DNA of 64,000 bases from a bacterium. GTDB taxonomy: Bacteria; Patescibacteriota; Minisyncoccia; UBA6257; WO2-44-18. Positions 36,615 through 46,408 of the stretch are shown piece after piece (within the stretch, counting starts at the first letter, position 1; each line of letters opens with the position of its first letter). The notes below the pieces were generated by a model. The model had not been told where the DNA came from and searched no databases. It saw nothing but the letters and a program-made list of their open reading frames with translations. The position numbers were made by a program, and so were the translations under genes. The stretch covers positions 86,666 to 150,665 of the forward strand of contig JAUYHP010000031.1 in assembly GCA_030689595.1 (NCBI GenBank), in the 5' to 3' direction.

Positions 36615-38525
36615 ATGTTTATTGTAGACGGGAAAAAAATTTCTCAAGAAATTATAGATTCACTATTTGTATTGCCCAAGCCGCAAAATAGTTTGGCGGC
36701 TGTTTTAGTTGGTGATGATCCTGCCTCATTGAGTTTCTTAAAGCAGAAACAAAAAATTGCCGAGAAATTGAAAATAGATTTTCGGTTAAATACACTCCCC
36801 GATTCATTAACGGAAAACGAACTTAAAGAAAAAATCAGTGAATTGAGCTCAGATAAATCTATTGGTGGCATTATCATACAGCTACCATTACCGTCGAAAT
36901 ATGATCGGGGCAAGGTTTTAGAATCGTTGTCCTTAGAAAAAGACGTGGATGGCTTAAGTGGTGGTATTTTGCCGCCAGCGGTAGCTACTGTGGAAACTGT
37001 ATTGGACAACGCCAATTTTGACTTAAAAGATAGGACCGTGGCGGTAGTTGGTAGGGGGTTTTTAGTTGGTAGCCCGATAAGTAATTGGCTAAAAGATAAA
37101 TGTGACAAGCTGATTGTTCTAGACAGCCGAAGCGATATCAACCAGATCAAAGAAGCAGATTTAGTTATCAGCGGAGTAGGCAAGGCCGGCCTTATCAAGC
37201 CAGCAATGCTCAAGCTAGGAGCTGGAATCATAGATTTTGGCTATGACATCAAAGATGGAAGGATCTCTGGGGACTTTGACACCGATCGATTAGCCGATCT
37301 ACCCACGGATCAATACCCAGCTTTCTATACTCCCACCCCTGGAGGTACTGGCCCTATTCTAGTGGCCGAACTGTTTAGGAATTTTTATCGGCTGCAAGGA
37401 CTGATTAAAGCCAGGGTGGCTATTTTTAGCTTGGCTTATTTGCCGTTTGTTGGTGGTGCTGAATTAGCGGTTAAAGAAATTACTGATAGATTGCCGCAAT
37501 ATAATTTTACTTGTTTGACTCATAAATTTGAGTCGCAGTGGTCGGCAGAAGAAGCGATCGGCAATGTCAGGGTTATGCGTACCGGTCGTGGCCGAGGTTT
37601 TTGGTCCAAGATCTGCTATATCTTTCGAGTTTGGCGTCAAGCAGAGAAACTGCACAGGAAGCGACCTTTCCAGCTCATCTGGGCTGTCATGGCCGCTTAC
37701 GGTGGCTTAGCGGCCTTATTATTTAAACTAAGACATCCGAGTGTGCCGATGCTATTAACTTTGCAGGAGGGTGATTCTGAAAAACATATTCTAATGCGAG
37801 TTGGTATATTTTATCCTTTTTGGAAATTGATTTTCAAAAAAGCCAACTATGTTCAAGTTATCAGTAATTATCTTGCTGATTTTGCCCAGCGACACGGGGC
37901 TAAATGTTCGGTAGAAGTAGTGCCTAATGGAGTAGATTTAGAAAAATTTAGAATGGGCGCTCGACATGATGCTTCGAACACCAAAGTTATCATCACGACG
38001 TCGAGATTAGTGTATAAAAACGGAGTAGATATATTAATTCAGTCACTCAATGAGCTAGAAAAATTAGAAATTACTGATTATCGATTAAAAATATTAGGGA
38101 GCGGCCCTGATGAGAAAAAAATGAAAGATTTAGCCCAAGAGTTGGGCGTTGCTGACAAAGTAGAATTTTTGGGCCACATTGCGCCAGACGAAATCCCTAA
38201 ATATTTACAGCAAGCCGATATATTCGTGCGACCATCGCGCTCAGAAGGCCTTGGCAGCTCATTTCTTGAGGCTATGGCCGCTGAACTACCAATTATCGGT
38301 ACTGATGTTGGTGGTATAAAAGACTTTTTAGTCGATCAAGAGACTGGCCTAGTATGCAAAGTTGATGACCCAAGTGATTTAGCTAATAAATTGAAGTTGT
38401 TGTTTGATAATCAGCCACTAAGAGATAAGGTAGCCCAAAACGGTAAAAATCTAGTTATAACTAAATATAGCTGGGATATCATTACTGTGGATATGAAGAA
38501 TATATTAAACAAATTAGTTGCCTGA
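36615..38525 (+). CDS. folD: In-frame fusion of FolD (methylene-THF dehydrogenase/cyclohydrolase) and a GT4 glycosyltransferase
   Basis: Residues 1-275 are FolD-like (AAVLVGDDPAS, IIIQLPLP, VAVVGRGFLVGSPI, TPTPGGTGPILVAELF). They continue with no stop into a GT4 domain (RVAIFSLAYLPFVGGAELAV…SRSEGLGSSFLEAMAAELPIIGTDVGG). The start at 36615 lies 8 nt after the glyA stop. Confidence 0.7.
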   Translation: MFIVDGKKISQEIIDSLFVLPKPQNSLAAVLVGDDPASLSFLKQKQKIAEKLKIDFRLNTLPDSLTENELKEKISELSSDKSIGGIIIQLPLPSKYDRGKVLESLSLEKDVDGLSGGILPPAVATVETVLDNANFDLKDRTVAVVGRGFLVGSPISNWLKDKCDKLIVLDSRSDINQIKEADLVISGVGKAGLIKPAMLKLGAGIIDFGYDIKDGRISGDFDTDRLADLPTDQYPAFYTPTPGGTGPILVAELFRNFYRLQGLIKARVAIFSLAYLPFVGGAELAVKEITDRLPQYNFTCLTHKFESQWSAEEAIGNVRVMRTGRGRGFWSKICYIFRVWRQAEKLHRKRPFQLIWAVMAAYGGLAALLFKLRHPSVPMLLTLQEGDSEKHILMRVGIFYPFWKLIFKKANYVQVISNYLADFAQRHGAKCSVEVVPNGVDLEKFRMGARHDASNTKVIITTSRLVYKNGVDILIQSLNELEKLEITDYRLKILGSGPDEKKMKDLAQELGVADKVEFLGHIAPDEIPKYLQQADIFVRPSRSEGLGSSFLEAMAAELPIIGTDVGGIKDFLVDQETGLVCKVDDPSDLANKLKLLFDNQPLRDKVAQNGKNLVITKYSWDIITVDMKNILNKLVA

Positions 38526-38526
38526 T

Positions 38527-39576
38527 ATGAAAGTCGCTGTTATCGGTGCCGGTATTTTTGGCATAACTGTAGCCACCCGCTTGGCCAAAGAAGGCCACGA
38601 AATAGATCTATGGGAAAAGCAAGGCGATATTTTGACTGCGGCTTCTGGCATAAATCAATTCCGTCTTCATCGTGGCTATCACTATCCTCGATGTGATAGT
38701 ACGACTAGGTCGTCTTTAGAGACAGAAAAATTATTTAAACAAGAATATCCGGAGGCGATCATTAGTGATGGTGACCACTACTATTGCATTGCCAAAGAGC
38801 GCAGTCTAATTTCCGGGGAAACTTATGTTAATTTTTGTAAAAGCTTTAATTTAGAGTTTGCTCATCATAATTTGGACATAATAAATCCAGATTCAGTAGA
38901 TGTCTGCTTGAATGTTAAAGAAGATTTGATAGATGCGGATAAATTAAAAGAATTGTGTTTCGCTAAGATAAGGGAGTCGGGGGTGAATTTATTATTGGGT
39001 ATGGAGGCGACTAAAAAAGGTTTGGAAGATTATGACTTTGTTGTGATTTGCGCCTATGCCGCCACCAATAAACTCTTGGAAGATCGCCCAGGTTTACAGC
39101 GAGACTATCAATTTGAACTTTGTGAAAAGCCGGTATTGAGATTGCCGCCGATTTTCAATAACAAGAGCGTAGTGATTATGGACGGCCCTTTTACCTGCAT
39201 TGATCCCTATGGCAAGACTGGTTTATTTGTTATGGGTAATGTGGTTCATGCCATACATCAGACTAATGTTGGCAAATATCCGATTGTCGAAGACAAATTC
39301 AAGCCGCTTTTAAATAATGGTGTTATAAAAAATCCATCGATAACCAATATAAAATTATTTATTGAGGCGGCGTCATATTTTATGCCAGAGATAGTTAAAG
39401 CCGAGCATGTTGGCTCGATGTTTACTTTCAGGACTGTTTTGCCAAATCAAGACAAGACTGATTCGCGTCCAACCTTGGTAGATATGATCGATGACCGAAT
39501 TATCACTGTGTTTTCTGGTAAGATTAGTAATTGCATAGGGGCGGCTGAGAAAGTTTCTAGAATCATAAATTCCTGA
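38527..39576 (+). CDS. FAD/NAD(P)-binding Rossmann-fold oxidoreductase
   Basis: MKVAVIGAGIFGITVATRLAKEGHEIDLWE is a GxGxxG dinucleotide-binding N-terminus. Family not resolved; it does not look like Glf. Confidence 0.5.
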   Translation: MKVAVIGAGIFGITVATRLAKEGHEIDLWEKQGDILTAASGINQFRLHRGYHYPRCDSTTRSSLETEKLFKQEYPEAIISDGDHYYCIAKERSLISGETYVNFCKSFNLEFAHHNLDIINPDSVDVCLNVKEDLIDADKLKELCFAKIRESGVNLLLGMEATKKGLEDYDFVVICAYAATNKLLEDRPGLQRDYQFELCEKPVLRLPPIFNNKSVVIMDGPFTCIDPYGKTGLFVMGNVVHAIHQTNVGKYPIVEDKFKPLLNNGVIKNPSITNIKLFIEAASYFMPEIVKAEHVGSMFTFRTVLPNQDKTDSRPTLVDMIDDRIITVFSGKISNCIGAAEKVSRIINS

Positions 39577-39578
39577 CC

Positions 39579-40709
39579 ATGAAAATTATTTTAGCAGCTG
39601 GTGTATTTTACCCTGATGTGGGTGGGCCAGCTATACATGTTCGCAAAATTGCTGAAGCTTTTACCAAAAATGGTTGGAGCGTAAAAGTCATAACCTATGG
39701 ACATAATAAGGATGAGGATAATTTTCCCTTCGTTGTTAGTAGGGTTTCTAGGAGTTATCCTGGGTTTTTGCGCTGGCTGATATATTTTATTAAGATGTTT
39801 TTTAGTTCGTTTAATGCTGGAGCCATCTATGCTTTCGACCCCACCGCTGCTGGCTTACCAGCGGCTTTAGCGGCCAAGATTTTAAGAAAAAAATTTATTA
39901 TTAGATTGGGTGGCGATCCTATTTGGGAGCGTGTGGTAGAGCGTGGTGAGCGATTCTTATCTTTGGAGGACTATTATGAACAAAAGCTTCATCTACAAGA
40001 TAAGCCTAGGTTGTTCAAGTTGATAAGGTGGGTCATGAAATCGGCCGATAGAGTTGTTGTCTATTCACAATTTTTTAAAGATTTTTGTGTAAAATATTTA
40101 GGAGTGGAGCCGAATAGGATAGAGATAATAGCCAATCCCGTTACTAGGCGAGAAGACGCTTCAATGCCCAAGGAAATAGCCATATTGTTTGCTGGCCGAT
40201 TCGTGAAATACAAAAATCTGGAAATGCTGGTAGAGGTATTTGCTAAATTGAGATCAAAATTCCAGTATGGCAAGTTAATTTTGATAGGCCATGGGCCAGA
40301 AGAAGACGTGCTTCGGGATTTGGTTGAGAATATCGGGGCCAGCGATTATATCGAGATATTACCATCGCTTCCCCAAGAAGCATTATTTAATCAGATTCGT
40401 TCTGCTGCAGTTTGCATAGGCCCGGCTCTTAGCGAATTTAACCCTAATTTTATATTAGAGTGCTTATCGTTTGGCAAGCCGACTATTTTGAGCAAAGGGA
40501 ACGGCTTAACTGTGCAGTTGCCGGAAGACTGGCTGTTCGATCCTAAGAGCGCTAGTGATTTGGAAAACAAGTTGTCACAGTTTTTTGATAAGAATTTCTA
40601 TGAACAATCTTTGGCGCGAGTTAAGCAGTTACCGATGAGCCAGAGTTGGGAAAAAGTAGTTGGCGAACATATAGAAATAATAAAACAGATGACAAAGCGT
40701 AAAATTTAA
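39579..40709 (+). CDS. Glycosyltransferase family 4
   Basis: MKIILAAGVFYPDVGGPAIHV… GT-B N-terminal domain. 376 aa. Confidence 0.7.
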   Translation: MKIILAAGVFYPDVGGPAIHVRKIAEAFTKNGWSVKVITYGHNKDEDNFPFVVSRVSRSYPGFLRWLIYFIKMFFSSFNAGAIYAFDPTAAGLPAALAAKILRKKFIIRLGGDPIWERVVERGERFLSLEDYYEQKLHLQDKPRLFKLIRWVMKSADRVVVYSQFFKDFCVKYLGVEPNRIEIIANPVTRREDASMPKEIAILFAGRFVKYKNLEMLVEVFAKLRSKFQYGKLILIGHGPEEDVLRDLVENIGASDYIEILPSLPQEALFNQIRSAAVCIGPALSEFNPNFILECLSFGKPTILSKGNGLTVQLPEDWLFDPKSASDLENKLSQFFDKNFYEQSLARVKQLPMSQSWEKVVGEHIEIIKQMTKRKI

Positions 40710-40726
40710 ATGACAAAACTACGGAT

Positions 40727-41845
40727 ATGAAAGTTTTGATGTTATCGACAGACAAAAATATACTACAGAGCGGCACAGAAGTACATGAGAGGATGAAAGA
40801 ATATGCCAATTTGATTGAAGAACTGCACGTGGTTGTATATGGCAGACAGCGAATAGCCGAATCGCGGATAACGGCCAACTTTTTTATTTATTCAACCGTA
40901 AATAGCCATAAGATAGGTTATTTTAGGAGTGCTTATAATATCGGCCAAAAGATATTAGCAGATGGCGGTGAATGGATCATCACTGCCCAAGATCCTTTCG
41001 AGACCGGCCTAGTAGGTTATTGGCTTAAGAAAAGATTCAAGACGCCATTACAGCTGCAAATTCATACTGATTTTTTGAGTCCATATTTCTGGCAGGAATC
41101 TGTTAAAAATAAGATACGCGTTTTATTAGCCAAGTGGCTAGTAAAAAAGGCGGATTGTATTAGGGTAGTTTCGGAACGTATTAAAGGATCTTTAATTTCC
41201 CAATTTCCTAATTTTCCAATTTCGAGAATTATTGTTCTGCCTATCTTTATAGATGTAGACAAAATCCGAACAGCATCGGTTAAGACTGACTTGCGCAAAA
41301 AATATCCAGGCTACGATTTTATTATTCTGATGGCTTCTCGCTTGACTAAAGAAAAGAATATTAAGATGGCCATAGCATCGTTTGAAAATGCTAAGCATCA
41401 GATGTCGCCTGTCAAAAATCCATTGCTATTAATTGTCGGCGATGGTCCTAAAAAAAGAAGGCTAGATCCTCTAGTTGTGCGCTACTCGCTAGGCAACAAT
41501 GTAAAATTTGAGCCTTGGACTGATGATTTGGCGTCCTATTATAAAACTGCTGATTTATTTCTATTGACATCAAATTATGAAGGCTACGGCCGAACCATTA
41601 TAGAGGCCTTAGCCGCCGACTGTCCGGTTATATCTACAGATGTCGGTATAGCTAAGGAATTTATAGATGGCAATCATTTTGGTATAATAATTGCACCAAA
41701 TGATATGCGCGCCCTAGTAGGCGGCTTGCAAAAAATGGCTGGGCATAAAGAGCGATATCATGAGTTTAAAAATATCAGGTTGCCTGACAAAAACACTTAT
41801 TTGGATTTATTAAAAAGAACCTGGCTAAAATGTGATGGAAATTAA
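40727..41845 (+). CDS. Glycosyltransferase family 4
   Basis: MKVLMLSTDKNIL… and a C-terminal EGYGRTIIEALAADCPVISTDVG motif. Confidence 0.7.
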   Translation: MKVLMLSTDKNILQSGTEVHERMKEYANLIEELHVVVYGRQRIAESRITANFFIYSTVNSHKIGYFRSAYNIGQKILADGGEWIITAQDPFETGLVGYWLKKRFKTPLQLQIHTDFLSPYFWQESVKNKIRVLLAKWLVKKADCIRVVSERIKGSLISQFPNFPISRIIVLPIFIDVDKIRTASVKTDLRKKYPGYDFIILMASRLTKEKNIKMAIASFENAKHQMSPVKNPLLLIVGDGPKKRRLDPLVVRYSLGNNVKFEPWTDDLASYYKTADLFLLTSNYEGYGRTIIEALAADCPVISTDVGIAKEFIDGNHFGIIIAPNDMRALVGGLQKMAGHKERYHEFKNIRLPDKNTYLDLLKRTWLKCDGN

Positions 41846-42536
41846 AAAGATAACAATCATAATACCTGCTTATAACGAAAAAGAAACTATTCTTGAAATC
41901 ATAAGTAAGGTTAAGGCCGCTGATATCGGAGTTTTGAGTAAAGAAATTATTGTTGTCGATGATGGATCGACTGACGGTACGCGAGATATTCTCCGGGACA
42001 TACCTGGCATACAGGTTGTCTTACATAACAATAATTGTGGCAAAGGCGGCGCTGTCAAAACCGGATTTCATAACGCTACTGGTGATGTTTTGATCATTCA
42101 GGATGCTGATTTAGAATATGATCCGGCAGAATATTCCCTGTTATTAGAGCCAATATTGAAAAATAAAGCCGAAGTGGTTTATGGTTCGCGGTTTGTTTCC
42201 AGTAAGCCGAGACGTATTTTACTTTTCCATCATTATTTAGCGAATCGTTTTTTGACCTTCTTATCAAATTTGTTTACTAATCTTAATCTCAGCGATATGG
42301 AGACTTGTTATAAGGTTTTCTCCAATAATATCTATAAGCAATTGGAGCCAAAATTGGTGTCGCGGAGATTTGGCATAGAGCCGGAATTGACTGCTCGGGT
42401 TGCTAGGCTCAAGGCCAAAGTCTATGAAGTCGGCATCTCTTATCACGGCCGTAATTATGAAGAGGGCAAGAAGATTAATTGGCGTGATGGCATAGCGGCT
42501 ATTTGGCATATTATTCGATTTAACGTTTTCAACTAA
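41832..42536 (+). CDS. GT2 polyprenyl-phosphate sugar synthase (DPM1/GtrB-like)
   Basis: IIIPAYNE…VVDDGSTDGT…DADL (DXD) motifs; 234 aa. Immediately upstream of a GT-C gene. Confidence 0.75.
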   Translation: MMEIKKITIIIPAYNEKETILEIISKVKAADIGVLSKEIIVVDDGSTDGTRDILRDIPGIQVVLHNNNCGKGGAVKTGFHNATGDVLIIQDADLEYDPAEYSLLLEPILKNKAEVVYGSRFVSSKPRRILLFHHYLANRFLTFLSNLFTNLNLSDMETCYKVFSNNIYKQLEPKLVSRRFGIEPELTARVARLKAKVYEVGISYHGRNYEEGKKINWRDGIAAIWHIIRFNVFN

Positions 42537-42538
42537 TT

Positions 42539-44218
42539 ATGACGAAGTGGATACTGGGCCTGATATTGATAGTTTCTTTTATTGTTAGAATTATCGGCTT
42601 GGATTACGGTTTGCCGCAACAATTTGTGGCAGATGAGTTTTTGATGGTGGCGGTTAGTTTAAAAATGTTTGATGAGGGTTCATTGCGACCGTATTTCCCG
42701 GATATATTCTATCATCAACCTCTTACTGCCTATATATCATCTTTGGGCATAGGCGTTTATCTGGCCTGGGATATGTTGACGGGTAAATTTGCCGATTTGG
42801 AGTCATTGAAGAATTATTACGCGATACATTCTTCGGAGCTATTGATAGTAGTGAGATTTTTATCCGTTTTGTTCGGAGTGGCTACTGTGTTGTTATTGTA
42901 TTTCATTGGGAGAGATTTGTTCAATAAAAGAGTTGGCTTATTAGCGGCATTTTTTGGCGCTTTTGAATTATTGCTGGTTCAGTTTAATCATACCGGGCGA
43001 GTATGGGGCATATTGCCATTTTTTATCGCTTTAGCTTTGTGGGCTAATGTAAAACTATGGCGCAATGATGATGTAAAAAATTATATCAAAGCCGCGCTGG
43101 CATCAGTGGCAGCTCTGTTAACATTGTTGCCGGGGATTCTTACCTTTATACAAACAATCGTTGTCAAGTTTTCTTGGAAAAACAAAAAATTATGGTTAGC
43201 AGTGGGTGTAGTATTTTTGGGATTGGTGGTTGGACTCTATTTAAATCCGCGTGGTTTAGGCGTACTACTGCTTCGATTCAATATTGAGATACCAGAACTA
43301 TCACAAACTATTTTTAATGCACCTACTAACCCTATAGATCACAGCGCTACAGACACTATTTGGCAGCGTATTTTTGATCCATTCTTGACGATGTTCGGCT
43401 ACATTCCTATTTATTTGATATTATTTTTCATTGGCTTGGTTGTGTTGTGGCGAAAAGATAGAAAAATATTTTGGCTACTAACATCATTCCCGCTAGTCTA
43501 TTATTTGTTCATCGGCCCATTCTTCGCCTATGGCTGGGTAGCTAGGACAATGCTTCCGCTGGTTATCTATTGTTTGGTTGTGGCGGCTTTTGTGGTGGAT
43601 AGATGGCTGGATGGCCAATGGCTAAAAGCCAATCGTGTGGCGGCGGTGTTTTTAGTTTTAGTCGTGAGCTTGCCATCAATCATTATGACGATTTCTTTTG
43701 ATGCCAAAATCGTTAAAGCCGATACTAGGACTCAAGCCGTCGAATGGATTTATGAAAATCTACTAGAAAATTCCCGAATTATAGCGTACTCGGTCTCCAA
43801 TGAAGTCATTAATCAAAATCGTGAGGTTTTAAAGACGATGTCGCTGGTGGCTTCAGGAGATATGAATACTAGACAGCGTACATTGTTGGTAGCTGATGAT
43901 GAGTTATTCCCGCGACCATACTATTTTGCCTGGGATTTAAGAAAAACATCGGTTGATAAATTGCCAGACAATTTTTTTAGAGATAATGGTTTTAAATATT
44001 ATTATAATGTTCGTTGGGATAATATTGGCGATGGTCATCTGCATGAGATAGAAAATCTATTTTCCAACAAAAAACTAATAGCCCAATTTAAGCCCTTTGA
44101 GGGCGATAGGGAGTTTGATAATAATTTTGCTAATAATATCCGCAATCCTTTGAGGGTATTATTGTCAGTGGAGCGATTTGGGCCGATAGTTGAGATCTAT
44201 GAAGTCTCTTTTAGATAG
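42539..44218 (+). CDS. GT-C fold membrane glycosyltransferase (ArnT/PMT-like)
   Basis: About 11 TM helices. A first-loop acidic motif FVADEF and a C-terminal soluble domain. Confidence 0.6.
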   Translation: MTKWILGLILIVSFIVRIIGLDYGLPQQFVADEFLMVAVSLKMFDEGSLRPYFPDIFYHQPLTAYISSLGIGVYLAWDMLTGKFADLESLKNYYAIHSSELLIVVRFLSVLFGVATVLLLYFIGRDLFNKRVGLLAAFFGAFELLLVQFNHTGRVWGILPFFIALALWANVKLWRNDDVKNYIKAALASVAALLTLLPGILTFIQTIVVKFSWKNKKLWLAVGVVFLGLVVGLYLNPRGLGVLLLRFNIEIPELSQTIFNAPTNPIDHSATDTIWQRIFDPFLTMFGYIPIYLILFFIGLVVLWRKDRKIFWLLTSFPLVYYLFIGPFFAYGWVARTMLPLVIYCLVVAAFVVDRWLDGQWLKANRVAAVFLVLVVSLPSIIMTISFDAKIVKADTRTQAVEWIYENLLENSRIIAYSVSNEVINQNREVLKTMSLVASGDMNTRQRTLLVADDELFPRPYYFAWDLRKTSVDKLPDNFFRDNGFKYYYNVRWDNIGDGHLHEIENLFSNKKLIAQFKPFEGDREFDNNFANNIRNPLRVLLSVERFGPIVEIYEVSFR

Positions 44219-44255
44219 GGTTACCGGTAGCGGCCGCATAGTGTTATAGGTATAA

Positions 44256-45425
44256 ATGGTTGATGGGGTGAGAAAATTTAGAATTTCCGTGATTGTAGGA
44301 GCCAGACCTAATTTTATGAAAGCAGCTCCTATTTTGCGTGCGTTCAAAAAATATCCACAGTTTGATGTTCGGTTAATTCACACAGGACAACATTATGATT
44401 CGTTAATGTCCGATGTATTTTTTAGAGATTTAGGACTACCCAAGCCGCATATTTCTTTAGGGGTCGGATCTGGCTCCCATGCTAAACAGACTGCACGTAT
44501 TATGTTGGCGTCCGAAGATGCGTTTTACGGTGACGGTAAGCCGCTGGTTGATATGGTTATGGTAGTTGGCGACGTTAACTCAACTTTGGCAACTGCTCTT
44601 ACTGCCAAAAAACTAAATATACCAGTCGTTCATGTTGAGGCCGGCCTAAGGAGTGGCGATGAGACCATGCCCGAGGAAATAAATCGACGATTAACAGACC
44701 ATATTTCGGATCTATTGTTTACGACCGAAAAGTCAGGTAATAACAATCTGGCTGCTGAGGGCATAAGCCCATCCAAGGTTCATTTAGTTGGAAACGTCAT
44801 GATTGATTCTCTGGTGCATGTTATGCCGGTCGTGGATAAATCGACCATCTTAGACAATCTTAGTTTAGATAAGGGTCATTATGCTGTTTTGACACTGCAT
44901 CGTCCTTCAAATGTGGATAGTAAGGAGAGTGTTTATAAGATACTTAATGAGATTTATGCTGCTCAAGTGAGCATGCGCCGTCAACGATCGACTGATGAGC
45001 CTCGTATGCCGATTATTTTTCCTACCCACCCTCGTACTAAAGAAAGATTACATGAATTTGGACTGTTGAATCATAGTTTGGGTGAACGACTTGCGGATGT
45101 TAAAATTATAGAACCATTAGGATATGTAGATTTCGTAAGATTGGTTAAGGATTCAGCTTTTGTGATGACTGATTCGGGTGGCATACAAGAAGAAACTACA
45201 TATTTAGGCGTGCCTTGTATGACCTTGCGCAATAGTACCGAGCGGCCGTCAACCCTAAATGGCACCAATAGATTAGTGTCCAATCTGGATTTTATACATA
45301 ATGAGGTTGCCAAGATACTATCTGGTGGTGGCGATAAGGGTGTGGTGCCGGAGTTTTGGGATGGCAAGGCCGCCGAGAGAATAGTCGATATAGTTTTTAA
45401 TAAATATGGCTCACAGCTTGCCTAA
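44256..45425 (+). CDS. wecB: UDP-N-acetylglucosamine 2-epimerase (non-hydrolysing)
   Basis: GARPNFMKAAPI…HTGQHYD…GDVNSTLA…HVEAGLRS, the conserved WecB/MnaA motifs. Confidence 0.85.
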   Translation: MVDGVRKFRISVIVGARPNFMKAAPILRAFKKYPQFDVRLIHTGQHYDSLMSDVFFRDLGLPKPHISLGVGSGSHAKQTARIMLASEDAFYGDGKPLVDMVMVVGDVNSTLATALTAKKLNIPVVHVEAGLRSGDETMPEEINRRLTDHISDLLFTTEKSGNNNLAAEGISPSKVHLVGNVMIDSLVHVMPVVDKSTILDNLSLDKGHYAVLTLHRPSNVDSKESVYKILNEIYAAQVSMRRQRSTDEPRMPIIFPTHPRTKERLHEFGLLNHSLGERLADVKIIEPLGYVDFVRLVKDSAFVMTDSGGIQEETTYLGVPCMTLRNSTERPSTLNGTNRLVSNLDFIHNEVAKILSGGGDKGVVPEFWDGKAAERIVDIVFNKYGSQLA

Positions 45426-46398
45426 ATTATCAGTTGTTATACCGATTTATAACGAAGAATTGGCCATTCGGGAGAATGTGACTATTCTGGTTGGCGCCCT
45501 TAATGACATACAACGTGGTGGCAAAAATGGCGTAGTCATTAGGGAGTGGGAGTTGGTGTTGGTAAATGACGGTAGTACTGACAAGACTTTAGACATAATT
45601 CAAGAAGAGGCGCAGAAGGAGTCTCGCATTAAAATAGCTTCGTATAAAACTAATCGCGGTCGTGGACATGCTTTGAAAACCGGTTTTAAAACAGCTACCG
45701 GAGATTATATTGTGGTTACTGAATCTGACCTAAATTGGGGTAGCGAAATCATTGGTCAGTTTGTAGTAGCTCTAGAAGGTGAGGATGTCGATATCGTTAT
45801 TGCCTCGCCTCATATGAAGGGTGGCGGCATGGAAAACGTGCCATTTTTCAGATGGGCCTTGAGCCATTTTGGCAATAAAGTTTTTTCAATCGCTTTGCCA
45901 GGAAAATTTACAATGGTTACCGGCATGACGCGTGCTTATAGACGTGAAGTTCTAGAGTCGTTAGATTTGGAATCAGAGGACAAAGAATTGCATGTAGAAA
46001 TAATATATAAATCATTGGATTTAGGCTTTAGAATAATCGAAATCCCAGCTATGTTGCGGTGGAAAAAGCCGGTACCCGGTGTAGAAATCAGAAAGTCTCA
46101 TTTTAAACCAACCCAAATCGTAAAACATTTAGCTATGAGCTTTTTCATAAGGCCATTTATGTTATTTGGTACAGTAGGGCTTACATTGCTGGGGCTGGGC
46201 ATTGCTATGGGTGTTTATTTGTTGATACTTTCGTCCTCTGGCACGCCAGTTGTAGGGAGGCCCATGCTGTTTGCCGCAGTGCTATTTATAATTATTGGCT
46301 TCCAAGTTCTGTTATTTGGTTTTCTTGCCAATCAGAATCGTAATCTAAAACGTCAACTTTCTAGAGTGCAGCGGGATATCAACCGCCGTCGTAGTTGA
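45406..46398 (+). CDS. GT2 polyprenyl-phosphate sugar synthase with a C-terminal membrane anchor
   Basis: LSVVIPIYNEE…LVNDGSTDKT…TESDL motifs, plus two C-terminal TM helices. Confidence 0.75.
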   Translation: MAHSLPKLSVVIPIYNEELAIRENVTILVGALNDIQRGGKNGVVIREWELVLVNDGSTDKTLDIIQEEAQKESRIKIASYKTNRGRGHALKTGFKTATGDYIVVTESDLNWGSEIIGQFVVALEGEDVDIVIASPHMKGGGMENVPFFRWALSHFGNKVFSIALPGKFTMVTGMTRAYRREVLESLDLESEDKELHVEIIYKSLDLGFRIIEIPAMLRWKKPVPGVEIRKSHFKPTQIVKHLAMSFFIRPFMLFGTVGLTLLGLGIAMGVYLLILSSSGTPVVGRPMLFAAVLFIIIGFQVLLFGFLANQNRNLKRQLSRVQRDINRRRS

Positions 46399-46408
46399 TC
46401 GATAATTA

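Noticed and set aside
38527-39576. UDP-galactopyranose mutase (Glf) assignment for the FAD oxidoreductase
   Set aside because: The Rossmann N-terminus fits. The downstream Glf-specific motifs (the GGN…HIFHT pattern) are not evident, so it is kept as a generic FAD/NAD(P) oxidoreductase.
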